A stretch of DNA of 64,000 nucleotides from an uncultured Acidobacteriota bacterium (lineage in GTDB: Bacteria; Acidobacteriota; Thermoanaerobaculia; Thermoanaerobaculales; Sulfomarinibacteraceae), in assembly GCA_963753035.1 (NCBI GenBank), contig CAVWAW010000019.1, positions 67,152-131,151 of the forward strand. The letters are read 5' to 3'. The translations under genes and the position numbers were made by a program. Of this stretch, positions 8,999 to 18,319 are shown piece after piece; the stretch's first letter is position 1, and every line of letters begins with the position of its first letter. Below the pieces are notes generated by a model. That model ran no database searches, had not been told where the DNA came from, and worked only from the letters and a program-made list of their open reading frames with translations.

Positions 8999-9991
8999 CT
9001 AATCGCCGATCCCGAATGCCTCGAGGATCTCCTCGGCCGCTGCGGTGGCGCTGATCGTTCCATCGACGACATCGCGCTCGAGGCGCTCGATCCTGCGCTT
9101 GACCTCGGCGTGTTCGTGGACCGCGGTGCGGACGCCTTGATCGACCAGCGACCACATCCAGTGGAGCGCCTGGCCGCGGCGAGTCGCCTCGAGTTGACCG
9201 TTGCCCTCCATGAGCCGACGGTGCTCGACGATGATGTCGTGGATCTCGTCGAGGCCGGCGCCGGTGATGGCGCTCGAGGTGACCACCTTGGGCGCCCATT
9301 GGTTTTCACCGGCCGGTCGGAGGATGTGCAGAGCGCTCTCGAACTCGGCGCGGGCTCTCTTGGCCGCGGCGCGGTTGTCGCCGTCGGCCTTGTTGATGGC
9401 GATGAGGTCGGCAAGTTCGAGGATGCCGCGTTTGATGCCCTGGAGCTCATCGCCGGCGCCTGAGAGCTTGAGAACCAGGAAGAAGTCGACCATGTCCGCC
9501 ACGGCGACCTCGGATTGACCGACGCCGACGGTCTCGACGAGAACCATGTCGAAGCCGGCGGCCTCGCAGACCACGATTGACTCTCTGGTCTTACCCGCGA
9601 CGCCACCGAGTGAGCCTCCCGACGGGGAGGGCCGGATGAAGGCGCCGGCGCTCCGCGACAGGTCCTCCATTCGGGTTTTGTCTCCGAGAATCGAACCCTT
9701 TGAGACCGACGACGATGGATCGACGGCGAGCACCGCGACCCGATGCCCCTGTTCGATCATCCTCATCCCGAAGGCCTCGATGAATGTGCTCTTGCCGACC
9801 CCCGGCACTCCCGTGATGCCGATGCGGTGCGCCTTGCCGGAGAAGGGAAGCAGCGTCGTGAGCAGCTCGTTGGCTCGACGTCGGTGATCGGGCCGGTTCG
9901 ACTCGATCAAGGTCAGCGCCCGACCGAGTACCGCCCGGTCACCAGAGAGAACCCCGGCCGTCAGCTCCTCGATGGTATCCATGTTCCGCAT
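8999..9991 (-). CDS. meaB: Methylmalonyl-CoA mutase-associated G3E GTPase
   Basis: P-loop GVPGVGKST and a typical MeaB/ArgK layout. The start is ambiguous (Met at 9991, 9982 or 10033). Confidence 0.9.
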   Translation of the reverse strand: MRNMDTIEELTAGVLSGDRAVLGRALTLIESNRPDHRRRANELLTTLLPFSGKAHRIGITGVPGVGKSTFIEAFGMRMIEQGHRVAVLAVDPSSSVSKGSILGDKTRMEDLSRSAGAFIRPSPSGGSLGGVAGKTRESIVVCEAAGFDMVLVETVGVGQSEVAVADMVDFFLVLKLSGAGDELQGIKRGILELADLIAINKADGDNRAAAKRARAEFESALHILRPAGENQWAPKVVTSSAITGAGLDEIHDIIVEHRRLMEGNGQLEATRRGQALHWMWSLVDQGVRTAVHEHAEVKRRIERLERDVVDGTISATAAAEEILEAFGIGD

Positions 9992-10139
9992 TCGCCCCAA
10001 GCCTACGTGGGAACCGCCAGAATTCAAGCCCATCGTGATCCGCTGCGATGAAAACCTGTCCTCCTCATCAATTTGCCGGTGCGTAGCCGCAGGCTGGGCC
10101 CCGACAAATTGAATTGAGACTTGGTGTAGACTTCGCGCT

Positions 10140-11078
10140 ATGAAACTTGTTTATTTCGGGACCCCCGACTTCGCAGTACCGTCGCTGAGCGCGCTCGTGG
10201 AGAGTCGTCACGAGGTGGTTCTGGTGGTCTCCAAGCCGGACCAGCCGGTCGGCCGCCACAAGGTTATGGCCTCGCCCCCGGTGATCGAGGCCGCCCGCCG
10301 TCTCGAGCTGCCGATCACGCAACCCAAGGGCTTCAAGGGAGGCGCCTTTGAAGAAACCCTCGCCGGGTGCGGAGCCGAGATTGCGGTGGTAGTGGCCTAT
10401 GGCAAACTGATCCCCGAGGGTCTGCTCGGTGTGCCGGAAAGGGGATTCATCAATCTTCACCCGAGTCTCCTGCCTCGACACCGAGGGCCCTCGCCTATCC
10501 AGTGGAGCCTCGTCTGCGGCGACCGCTCGACGGGTGTCACCACAATGCAGATTGATGAAGGTATGGACACCGGGCCGATTCTGCTCCAGGAGCGGATGGC
10601 GATCGAACCTCTGGATACCACTGAAACCCTGTCCCCTCGATTGGCCGAGCTTGGGGCAAATCTCGTCGTGGCGACCCTCGACGCCATTGAGGATGGGACG
10701 GTCGAACCGCGGCCCCAACCCGACGACGGCGCCAACGTGAGTCCTATGTTGCGGAGGAACTTCGCCAAGATCGACTGGACCATGCCTTCCAGGCAGCTCG
10801 TCAATCGTCTCCGCGGTTTCACGCCGTGGCCCGGTCTCTACACCAAGTTCCGCGGTGGCCGGCTCAAGGTTTTCGGCCTCGAAGAAATCCTTCCAGCACC
10901 TCCCGGTCGGGAGGTGGCCGGTGTCGTGCTTGAAGCCGGACCTGCCGGAATAGTGGTTCGTTGCGGTCGGGGCTCGGCGGCGCTCATCACCGAGATGCAG
11001 CGCGAGGGCCGACGGCGGCTGCCGGCCGACGCCTTCCTCATCGGTGAGCGGGTGAGCCGTGGCGAAGTCTTCGGGTGA
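10140..11078 (+). CDS. fmt: Methionyl-tRNA formyltransferase
   Basis: MKLVYFGTPDFAVPSL, HPSLLPRHRG and a C-terminal Fmt domain. Confidence 0.95.
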   Translation: MKLVYFGTPDFAVPSLSALVESRHEVVLVVSKPDQPVGRHKVMASPPVIEAARRLELPITQPKGFKGGAFEETLAGCGAEIAVVVAYGKLIPEGLLGVPERGFINLHPSLLPRHRGPSPIQWSLVCGDRSTGVTTMQIDEGMDTGPILLQERMAIEPLDTTETLSPRLAELGANLVVATLDAIEDGTVEPRPQPDDGANVSPMLRRNFAKIDWTMPSRQLVNRLRGFTPWPGLYTKFRGGRLKVFGLEEILPAPPGREVAGVVLEAGPAGIVVRCGRGSAALITEMQREGRRRLPADAFLIGERVSRGEVFG

Positions 11079-12306
11079 TCGGCGCCGGTCGGCACGTCTT
11101 CTGATCCGGGTGGAAGAGGGCGCCTTTGCCTCTCGACTGCTCGAACGCGAGACCTCGCCGGGGGTCCGGGTCCGGGTGCTGGGCGTACTGCGCTGGCAAC
11201 GCGCCCTCGATCATCAATTACTGCCCTTCCTGAAACGACCGATCGCCCGGCTCGACCCCGAAGTCCGTGCGGCCCTTCGTATGGGGTGTTTCGAGATGCA
11301 TCACCTCGGCGTTCCCGCCGCGGTGGCCACCGATTCCATGATTCGCATGACCCGGAAAATGGGGAAGTCGTCGGCGGCCGGGATGGTCAACGCGGTTCTT
11401 CGCAGGGCGGCTGCAGGCGAGGATCTTGCGGCCCGGCCCGACCTGAGGTGGTCGCATCCGGAGTGGTTGTGGCGGCGCTGGGCGGAGTCCTTCGGAGCCG
11501 ACTCGGCCGGGAGCGCCATGGCTGCGGCGCAGGAGCCGGCGCCGCCATGGGTTTGGTTTGTCCGCGACCAATCAGAGAGCCGTCTCGATGACGGAAATGT
11601 GGTTCTCGAAGCGCACCCCTGGTGCCCCGAAACGTGGACGGCCACCGCGGGCCGTCCCGAACTGATGGAGAGGGTCGATCGGGGTGGAGTCGTCGTTCAG
11701 GATCCCAGCTCGCAGATGGTTGCGAGGATCGCGGTCAGGGTGGGTGACGGCACCGGCCGTGCAGCGGATCTCTGCGCCGCTCCGGGTGGGAAGACCGCGT
11801 TGCTGCGAAAACTGGGTTGTTGGGATCTCCTGGTGGCGGGCGATGTCAGTCCTGCGAAGGCCGTGCGCCTCGTTCGCCGCCTGGGTGAGGTTGCGGTGGT
11901 GGTTGGGGATGCCGGCCGACCCGCGCTGAGGCCGGGCGCGTGGGATCTCGTGCTGCTCGACGCTCCGTGCAGCGGGACGGGCACCTTCCGCCGGCACCCG
12001 GAGCTCAAATGGCGGCTGACCTCTGAGGCCATTGCCGAGGCGGCCCGGTTCCAGCGGCCCATGATCGCCGCCGCCCTCGATCTGCTCGCACCGGGTGGAG
12101 TTCTCGTCTACGCCACCTGTTCCGTCGAGCCGGAAGAGAACGAGGCGCACTTCCAGGATGTGTCCGAGGGCTTTGAACGCGTCACGTTAGACGAGCATCT
12201 CCCAGCCGGCATGCCGTGGGCCGAGACCGATGCCGGCGGAGTGCGGATCCTGCCGCACGAGCACGGCGATGGCTTTACCGTCCACGCCCTGAGACGGCAA
12301 TCGTGA
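11059..12306 (+). CDS. rsmB: 16S rRNA (cytosine-C5)-methyltransferase RsmB/Sun family
   Basis: NusB-like N-terminus, the SAM motif DLCAAPGGKT, and LLDAPCSGTGTFRRHPE plus YATCS catalytic Cys motifs. Follows fmt as in many bacteria. GTG start overlaps the fmt end. Confidence 0.85.
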   Translation: MAKSSGDRRRSARLLIRVEEGAFASRLLERETSPGVRVRVLGVLRWQRALDHQLLPFLKRPIARLDPEVRAALRMGCFEMHHLGVPAAVATDSMIRMTRKMGKSSAAGMVNAVLRRAAAGEDLAARPDLRWSHPEWLWRRWAESFGADSAGSAMAAAQEPAPPWVWFVRDQSESRLDDGNVVLEAHPWCPETWTATAGRPELMERVDRGGVVVQDPSSQMVARIAVRVGDGTGRAADLCAAPGGKTALLRKLGCWDLLVAGDVSPAKAVRLVRRLGEVAVVVGDAGRPALRPGAWDLVLLDAPCSGTGTFRRHPELKWRLTSEAIAEAARFQRPMIAAALDLLAPGGVLVYATCSVEPEENEAHFQDVSEGFERVTLDEHLPAGMPWAETDAGGVRILPHEHGDGFTVHALRRQS

Positions 12307-12594
12307 GGAGTCTATAGGAATATTGCGTTCAGCGGCGCGTGCCTGGCTCTCTTTTCTTCCGACGAAAAGGTGCCTGGCACCGCACGGGAAGGGCGTTGAA
12401 AGAATCAAGTTCGGGACCACGCTTCGGGCCACATGATGCCGAACATGGTGTCCTCATCGTGGGTGGCCGAGGGAGCCACCTTTAGCATTGATCGGATTCA
12501 GCATTTTCCCTGCGTTTGCAGTGCTGGACCCGAACAATGCAAAAGATGGCACCCCGTTCGAGGTCGGTATCGCGTTCCATTGATGGGATGGTCC

Positions 12595-12624
12595 CATCCA
12601 GATCATCCAGCATCCAGCATCCAG
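12595..12624. repeat. Heptamer micro-array (CATCCAG)x4
   Basis: CATCCAGATCATCCAGCATCCAGCATCCAG ends 5 nt before the ABC-F stop codon. Confidence 0.8.
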
Positions 12625-12629
12625 CCGCG

Positions 12630-14549
12630 TTACTCCGCGAGCTGATCCTCGATGCTCTGCCACTCTTCCATGAGCTTCTCGGTCTCCTTTTGGAGATCAT
12701 CGCGTTCCTGCTGCATGGCGCGGACCTTCCCCGCGTCGGTGTCCTCGAAGAAGCCCTCGCGGCAGAATGCGGCGTCGATGGCTTCGACACGCGCCTCGGC
12801 CTTTTCGACAGCGGCGGTGACGACCTCGAGTCGCAGGGTGAGGTCTTTTCGCTGTTTCGCTCGGCGTTTTTCGTCGGCGTCAGCGGTCTTGGCACCACGC
12901 GCCCCGGCGGTTTTCTTTTTCTCCCGCTTGGCCCGAAGGGTCGTGGCATCGACATCAAGGTGGTCGTCGCCGCAGTTGGCGAGGTACTCGTCGTAGGTTC
13001 CGGCGTAGTCGTTGAGTCGATCGGGGGTGATCTCGAGGATGCGGGTTGCGAGCTGGGACACGAACCAGCGATCGTGAGCGACAAAAATCAGAGTCCCGTC
13101 GTAGGCCTTCAAAGCCTTGACCAGGGCCTCGATGGCTTCGAGATCGAGGTGGTTTGTCGGTTCGTCGAGGACCAGGACGTTTGGGCGGTCAACGGCGAGC
13201 CGGGCGAAGATCAACCGCGCGGCCTCACCGCCGGAGAGGCTCGAGACCCGTTTCTCGACCTCATCGCCCGAGAAGAGCACCTTGGCGAGCTGGGCGCGGA
13301 CCCAGCCGATGGTCTGGCCGGCACAGGCGGCGCCGAGCCAACCCTCGACGGTGCCTTCTGACTCGGCGAGGAGTTCCCGGTGATCCTGGGCGAAATACCC
13401 GGGAAAGACCTGGTGCCCCCACTCGACGGCGCCGGCATCGGCCTCGAGGTGATCCATGATGATCTTGAGCAGGGTGGACTTGCCGATCCCGTTAGGTCCG
13501 ATCACAGCCAGCCGATCGCCGCGGCGGAGGTTGAGGGACACCCTGTTCAGGACCTTCTTGTCGCCAAAGGACTTGGAGATCCCCTTGATCTCGATGACCT
13601 GCTTGCCGCTCGGGCGTTGCTGCGAGACGGTGAAGACCGGGTAGCGTCTTGAGGATCGCGGAAGCGGTTCGATGACCAGTTTTTCGATCTGCTTGATCTT
13701 GCTCTGAGCCTGCCGGGCCTTGGTGTTTTTGGCCCGAAAACGATCGACAAACGACTGGCGGTTGGCGATCTCCTTCTGCCGTTTGTCGATTTCGGCCTCG
13801 CGACGTTCGCGATCACTGCGTTTGGCCTCGGTGAAGGCGGTGAAGTTCCCGGTGTAGAGGGTGACGGTCTCATAATCGACATCGAGGATGTGGGTGCAGA
13901 CGTTGTTGAGAAAGCGATGATCGTGGGAGATCACCACCGCGCAGCCTGGGAAGTCGAGGAAAAACTTCTCGAGCCACCGAATCGAGAGAATATCGAGGTG
14001 ATTGGTGGGCTCGTCGAGAAAGAGGCAGTCGGGATCGGAGGCCAGGACCCGCGCGAGCAGAACCCGAAGCTTGAATCCACCCGACAGGGTCGAGAGGGGT
14101 TGCCGGTGTTGCTCGGATGGGATCCCGAGACCCTCGAGGATCTCTCCCGATCGGGCCTCGAACGAATAGCCGTCCAGGCTGACCACGATATCCTCGAGCT
14201 CGGCATAGCGGTCGGAGTCGAACTCGGTGTCGGCGTTCTCTAAGATGGCCTCTTTCTCGGTCATGGCCTGCCAGAGCGTTGTGTGACCCATCATCACGAC
14301 ATCGATGATCGGGAGCGCCTCGAATTGGAAATGATCCTGCTCGAGAATACCGAGACGGAGTCTGCGGGGTCGGGAGACCGCGCCGGTGCTGGGCTCATCG
14401 TTCCCCGCGAGCATGCGGAGCAGCGTCGTTTTGCCCGAGCCGTTGGCGCCGACGAGCCCATAGCGTCCGCCGGGGTTGAGCTGAAAGCTCGCACCCTGGA
14501 AGAGGGTTTGGGCGCCGAAGTCCTTGCCGAGGTCGGTTGCAGTAATCAT
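12630..14549 (-). CDS. ABC-F family ATPase (two ABC domains, no TM domain)
   Basis: Two Walker A motifs (GANGSGKTT, GPNGIGKST), two LSGG signatures, an inter-domain linker and a C-terminal coiled coil. The ATG at 14549 is preferred over the GTG at 14567. Confidence 0.9.
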   Translation of the reverse strand: MITATDLGKDFGAQTLFQGASFQLNPGGRYGLVGANGSGKTTLLRMLAGNDEPSTGAVSRPRRLRLGILEQDHFQFEALPIIDVVMMGHTTLWQAMTEKEAILENADTEFDSDRYAELEDIVVSLDGYSFEARSGEILEGLGIPSEQHRQPLSTLSGGFKLRVLLARVLASDPDCLFLDEPTNHLDILSIRWLEKFFLDFPGCAVVISHDHRFLNNVCTHILDVDYETVTLYTGNFTAFTEAKRSDRERREAEIDKRQKEIANRQSFVDRFRAKNTKARQAQSKIKQIEKLVIEPLPRSSRRYPVFTVSQQRPSGKQVIEIKGISKSFGDKKVLNRVSLNLRRGDRLAVIGPNGIGKSTLLKIIMDHLEADAGAVEWGHQVFPGYFAQDHRELLAESEGTVEGWLGAACAGQTIGWVRAQLAKVLFSGDEVEKRVSSLSGGEAARLIFARLAVDRPNVLVLDEPTNHLDLEAIEALVKALKAYDGTLIFVAHDRWFVSQLATRILEITPDRLNDYAGTYDEYLANCGDDHLDVDATTLRAKREKKKTAGARGAKTADADEKRRAKQRKDLTLRLEVVTAAVEKAEARVEAIDAAFCREGFFEDTDAGKVRAMQQERDDLQKETEKLMEEWQSIEDQLAE

Positions 14550-14567
14550 CGCCGGGGGAGGATACAC

Positions 14568-14602
14568 GATGCAGGATGCAGGATGCAGGATTCAGGATGC
14601 AG
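14568..14602. repeat. Heptamer micro-array (GATGCAG)x4 plus GATTCAG
   Basis: GATGCAGGATGCAGGATGCAGGATTCAGGATGCAG lies just upstream of the ABC-F start. It is near-inverted relative to the array at 12595. Confidence 0.8.
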
Positions 14603-14653
14603 GCACATGCCATGCGTCTCAGGAGGGACCGCGGTATGATGTGAGATCAGTTC

Positions 14654-15160
14654 TTGAAGAAGGAGGAGGGCGAGATGCGACCCATCTTCGGAGTGCTCAT
14701 CTTGGCGTTCTTGGCGTTGGCGATTCCGGCATCGGCGGAGGATGGTGACGCGATCCTGGGTCTGTGGGCCACCGACCCTGAGGGCGGGGGTGGTGAGGCC
14801 CACGTCGAGGTCTACAAGGAGAATGGCAAATACTTCGGGAAGATCATCTGGTTGGCGCAGCCGGTCTTCCCGCCGGATGACCCGAAGGGAACACCGGGCG
14901 AGCCGAAGACCGATCTCGAAAACCCCGATCCCGAGCTTCGGAACAACCCGGTCATCGGGTTGCTCATCACCAGGGACTTTGTCTACAAGGGCGACGGTCA
15001 GTGGCACAAGGGCACGATCTACGATCCCGACAACGGGAAGACCTACAAGTGCAAGATCAAGTTTGGCGACAACGAGAAGGTGCTCAAGGTCCGGGGCTTC
15101 ATCGGGGTGTCCATGCTCGGGCGGACGACCTATTGGACCCGCGTGGAGGACAAGGAGTGA
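14654..15160 (+). CDS. Secreted DUF2147-family protein
   Basis: Signal peptide, then GLWAT...GKIIW...NPD..LR...GKTYKCKI...LKVRGF...GRTTYWTRV, which matches my recollection of DUF2147. AGGAGGAGG RBS. Confidence 0.7.
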   Translation: MKKEEGEMRPIFGVLILAFLALAIPASAEDGDAILGLWATDPEGGGGEAHVEVYKENGKYFGKIIWLAQPVFPPDDPKGTPGEPKTDLENPDPELRNNPVIGLLITRDFVYKGDGQWHKGTIYDPDNGKTYKCKIKFGDNEKVLKVRGFIGVSMLGRTTYWTRVEDKE

Positions 15161-15210
15161 GCCTCGGGCGGGGCGCGGACCCCGCCGGATCCATCGGCTA
15201 GGAGTGTCGA

Positions 15211-16341
15211 ATGGCATTTGAGGGCAATCTCGAAACCATGCCGGTGGCCGATCTGCTGCAGTGGGCCTCCAACGGTCGACTCACCGGGACCATCCGCGTC
15301 GCCAATGCCGAGATCACCAAGATGATCTATATCCAGAAGGGTGACATCGTCTCCTGCACATCGACCGATCCGCGTGAGTTCCTCGGTCACTTTCTGGTCA
15401 GTCAGGGCGCCATTGACGAGACCGATCTCCAGGGTGCGATCATCGACCAGGATCGCCACAGCGGGATGCTTGGGCAACTCCTGGTTCAGCGTGGAGCCAT
15501 CACCGAGGAGCGGCTCGAAGAAATGCTCCGGATCAAGGCGGAGGAGGCGATCTTCGACCTCTTCACATGGACCACCGGTCAGTTCCGTTTCATGGATGGC
15601 GATCTGCCCGGGTTCGAGCTGGTGCCCATCTCCCTCGGTGTTCAGGGCCTCGTGCTCGAGGGGATGCGCCGGCTCGACGAGTGGGAGCGGATCTCCGAGG
15701 TGATCCCGTCGATGCAGGCGGTTCCGGTTTCGGTGCGGCCGTTGCTGGAGGACGCCGAGGATATGGACCCCGGATGTCGGAGCGTGCTCGAATCGGTGGA
15801 TGACGACCGGTCCATCGAAGACATTTGTCTTCACACCCATTCGACTGAGTTCTATGTCTGCGACATCCTCGTTCGCGAGGCCCAACAGGGGCGAATCAAG
15901 GTTGTTCGTCCTCGATCGAGCGTTCGGCGGGATGAGACCGCCGCCGCAACCGCCACCGGGATGACCGGTGAATCACTGGTGAAAGTAGCTCGTGATCGCC
16001 TCGAGTCCGGGGAGCTCGAAATGACGATTCGCCACCTTCAGGCGGCCGCGAGCCTCGAGCCCCACGATCGAATCCTGCGTGAGCAGATCTCGGGTGTGGA
16101 GGGCCAAGTCCGCGAGCGGCTTGCCGAGTGCGGCATCGGGCCGACAGCGGTGCCCGAACTCGCCATCGGAATCAGTGAGATGTCGAAGCTCGATCTAGAA
16201 CCCACCGAGGGTTTCATTCTCTCCCGAATCGACGGTGCGAGCCCGTTGGGGAACATCCTCAAGATCTCGCCCCTCGCCGAGATCGACGCCCTCCTGGTGA
16301 TCTGGAAACTCGTCAAGGGCGGCCAGCTTCGCTTGAAGTGA
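15211..16341 (+). CDS. DUF4388 (PatA-N-like) domain protein
   Basis: N-terminus GNLETMPVADLLQWASNGRLTGTIRV...IYIQKGDIVSC is typical DUF4388, and a second similar module follows. Confidence 0.65.
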   Translation: MAFEGNLETMPVADLLQWASNGRLTGTIRVANAEITKMIYIQKGDIVSCTSTDPREFLGHFLVSQGAIDETDLQGAIIDQDRHSGMLGQLLVQRGAITEERLEEMLRIKAEEAIFDLFTWTTGQFRFMDGDLPGFELVPISLGVQGLVLEGMRRLDEWERISEVIPSMQAVPVSVRPLLEDAEDMDPGCRSVLESVDDDRSIEDICLHTHSTEFYVCDILVREAQQGRIKVVRPRSSVRRDETAAATATGMTGESLVKVARDRLESGELEMTIRHLQAAASLEPHDRILREQISGVEGQVRERLAECGIGPTAVPELAIGISEMSKLDLEPTEGFILSRIDGASPLGNILKISPLAEIDALLVIWKLVKGGQLRLK

Positions 16342-16992
16342 TCAGCCCTGCAGACTACTGAGAACCGCCCGTTTGACTTCGTCCTCGACATCGAGGGCAA
16401 AGACCTGGTGGTCTTCCGCCATGAGATCGACCGCGAGGTTTCCTACCGGCCGGCTCACCGGGTGCACGGCGGCGGCAATGAGCTGGGCGCGGTAGATCGC
16501 GTCAAAGGCGTTCCATTGGTGGATTCCGGGTGTGCGGTCTGCCAACAGGTTGGCGAGTTCGAGGAGACGTTCCCGCTGCCAGCGGTAGAACTCGTGGACC
16601 TGCATGCCATCCTCGTGCAGCTCGAAGGCCATGTGGAGAGGACCCAGAAGGCGTGTCAGATCGGGGCGTTCGGCCAGGCTGGATGCCACCAGATCGGCTG
16701 CCGCCTCGCGACTCAAGGGGTCATCCAAACATCGAAGACTGGTCTCGAGGCCGTCATACCACTCCTTCATCCGCGTGAGAACGACGGTCATGAAGAGCTC
16801 TTCACGGCTCCGATAGGCGAGGGTTGCCTGGCCCTGTTTGACGCCCGCCTGTTGGCCGAGGGTGTCGAGAGAGACCTGGGAGTATGGAAAGCGAATGAAT
16901 GAACTCTCCGCGGCGTCGAGGATCTTCTTGGCCCGTTCTCGACGAGCCTGCCGCGCAAGACGGGTACGGTTGGGATCGATGAGTTTGCCCAT
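16342..16992 (-). CDS. TetR/AcrR family transcriptional regulator
   Basis: HTH region ILDAAESSFIRFPYSQVSLDTLGQQAGVKQGQATLAYRSREELF. Trimmed to the Met at 16992. Confidence 0.85.
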   Translation of the reverse strand: MGKLIDPNRTRLARQARRERAKKILDAAESSFIRFPYSQVSLDTLGQQAGVKQGQATLAYRSREELFMTVVLTRMKEWYDGLETSLRCLDDPLSREAAADLVASSLAERPDLTRLLGPLHMAFELHEDGMQVHEFYRWQRERLLELANLLADRTPGIHQWNAFDAIYRAQLIAAAVHPVSRPVGNLAVDLMAEDHQVFALDVEDEVKRAVLSSLQG

Positions 16993-17033
16993 GGGTGGGA
17001 ATGATACTCGATACGAGATCCGAGATGCAGGAT

Positions 17034-18263
17034 TCAGTCCGCCAGCCGATCCCAAATCTCCGCCATGCCTTCGTGGTGATCGGCGAAGAGACGCTGCAGA
17101 TCCGGATCGAGGTGGCCTTCCGGATCCATCCTTTCGTCACCCTCGAGGATGATCTTGCGCGCCTGGTCGTGACTGAACCCGGCCTTGTACGGGCGTGCCG
17201 AGCGGAGCGCATCGTAGATGTCCGCCAGGGCGACGATCCGCGCCTCAATGGGGATCTCCTCGCCCTGCCGCCCGTTGGGATACCCGGTTCCGTCCCAGCG
17301 CTCGTGGTGGCCGAAAGCGATGGCCGCCGCCATCTGGAGCCGGTCCGAAGATTCGAGGATCTGATAGCCGAAGTAGGGGTGCCGGTTCATCTCGGCCCGT
17401 TCGTCATCGTCGAGCGGCCCATTCTTGCGGAGGACCATCCCGTCCACGCTCATCTTGCCGACATCGTGGAGCTGAGCCGAGTATCGGATCTCGTCGCAGA
17501 ATATCGTGGGCATCCCGCACGTCTGGGCGATGAAGTAGGAATACTCATTGACCCGCAGGACATGGGACGCGGTGGCAGTGTCGTGGACCTCGGCTGCACG
17601 AGCGAGGAGGTTGATGGAGAGTTGGAACGCCTCTTCGGTTTCCTCGTGCAGGGCGGCGATCTTCGCCCTCTGCTCGGCCAGGGTCTTGTTGCGATCGCGA
17701 AGCCTGACGTTCTGCGCCTTGATTCGCCCGAGCATCTCGGCACGTTCGATGGCGCTGCCGACGATGTGGTTGACCGGGACGATAAGGCCCGCCTGCTCTT
17801 CACCAAATTCCAGCGGTCGATCGACCCCGTCGGTTCTCCGATTGATGAGCTGGACCACGCCAACGACGTTGCGGTCGTAGTTGAGCAGCGGAAAGGAAAG
17901 CATGGAACGGCTGTGATACCCGTGCCGCTTGTCGAATCGGCGATCAAACGTGTAGGGGACGCTGAGGGGAAGATCATAAAGATCCTCGACGAAAACGGTC
18001 TCTCCGGTGGTGGCGGTGAATCCGGCGATGGAGGAGGGGGTCATGGGTACGACGAACGAAGCGGGTTTCACGGCGATGACGTCATTCTGCGAGTCAGCCG
18101 CCTCGAGCCGCCGGCTGCGCCCGCGACCGCGGACGATGAAGATCGTGCCGGCTTCCGCCCCCGTGAGTTCGCGGCTCTTGAGGAGCACGCGGTGCATCAG
18201 CTTTTCGACGGACTCCGGCTTCGACGACTCGATGAACTCGAGGAATTCTCTGAGTGCGTCCAT
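17034..18263 (-). CDS. GAF-domain HD-GYP c-di-GMP phosphodiesterase
   Basis: HDVGK and HHERWDGTGYPNG motifs with an N-terminal GAF-like domain. Start at 18263 has a GGAGA RBS. Confidence 0.85.
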   Translation of the reverse strand: MDALREFLEFIESSKPESVEKLMHRVLLKSRELTGAEAGTIFIVRGRGRSRRLEAADSQNDVIAVKPASFVVPMTPSSIAGFTATTGETVFVEDLYDLPLSVPYTFDRRFDKRHGYHSRSMLSFPLLNYDRNVVGVVQLINRRTDGVDRPLEFGEEQAGLIVPVNHIVGSAIERAEMLGRIKAQNVRLRDRNKTLAEQRAKIAALHEETEEAFQLSINLLARAAEVHDTATASHVLRVNEYSYFIAQTCGMPTIFCDEIRYSAQLHDVGKMSVDGMVLRKNGPLDDDERAEMNRHPYFGYQILESSDRLQMAAAIAFGHHERWDGTGYPNGRQGEEIPIEARIVALADIYDALRSARPYKAGFSHDQARKIILEGDERMDPEGHLDPDLQRLFADHHEGMAEIWDRLAD

Positions 18264-18319
18264 GGTCGGCCAGATCTCCTTCCGGGTGTGACGGCTTCGA
18301 CATGATACAGAATCGTGAG

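Noticed and set aside
8657-9606. ORFs 8657-9463 (+), 8727-9299 (-) and 8881-9606 (-) around the S4 repeat and the 3' half of meaB.
   Set aside because: They overlap meaB (clear P-loop GTPase) or the S4 repeat. No motifs, no RBS, biased composition.
12375-12392. TGGCAC in the near-palindrome GGTGCCTGGCACC suggested a sigma54 -24 element.
   Set aside because: The -12 position reads GGGAA rather than TTGC(A/T). The site lies between two convergent gene ends with nothing downstream to transcribe.
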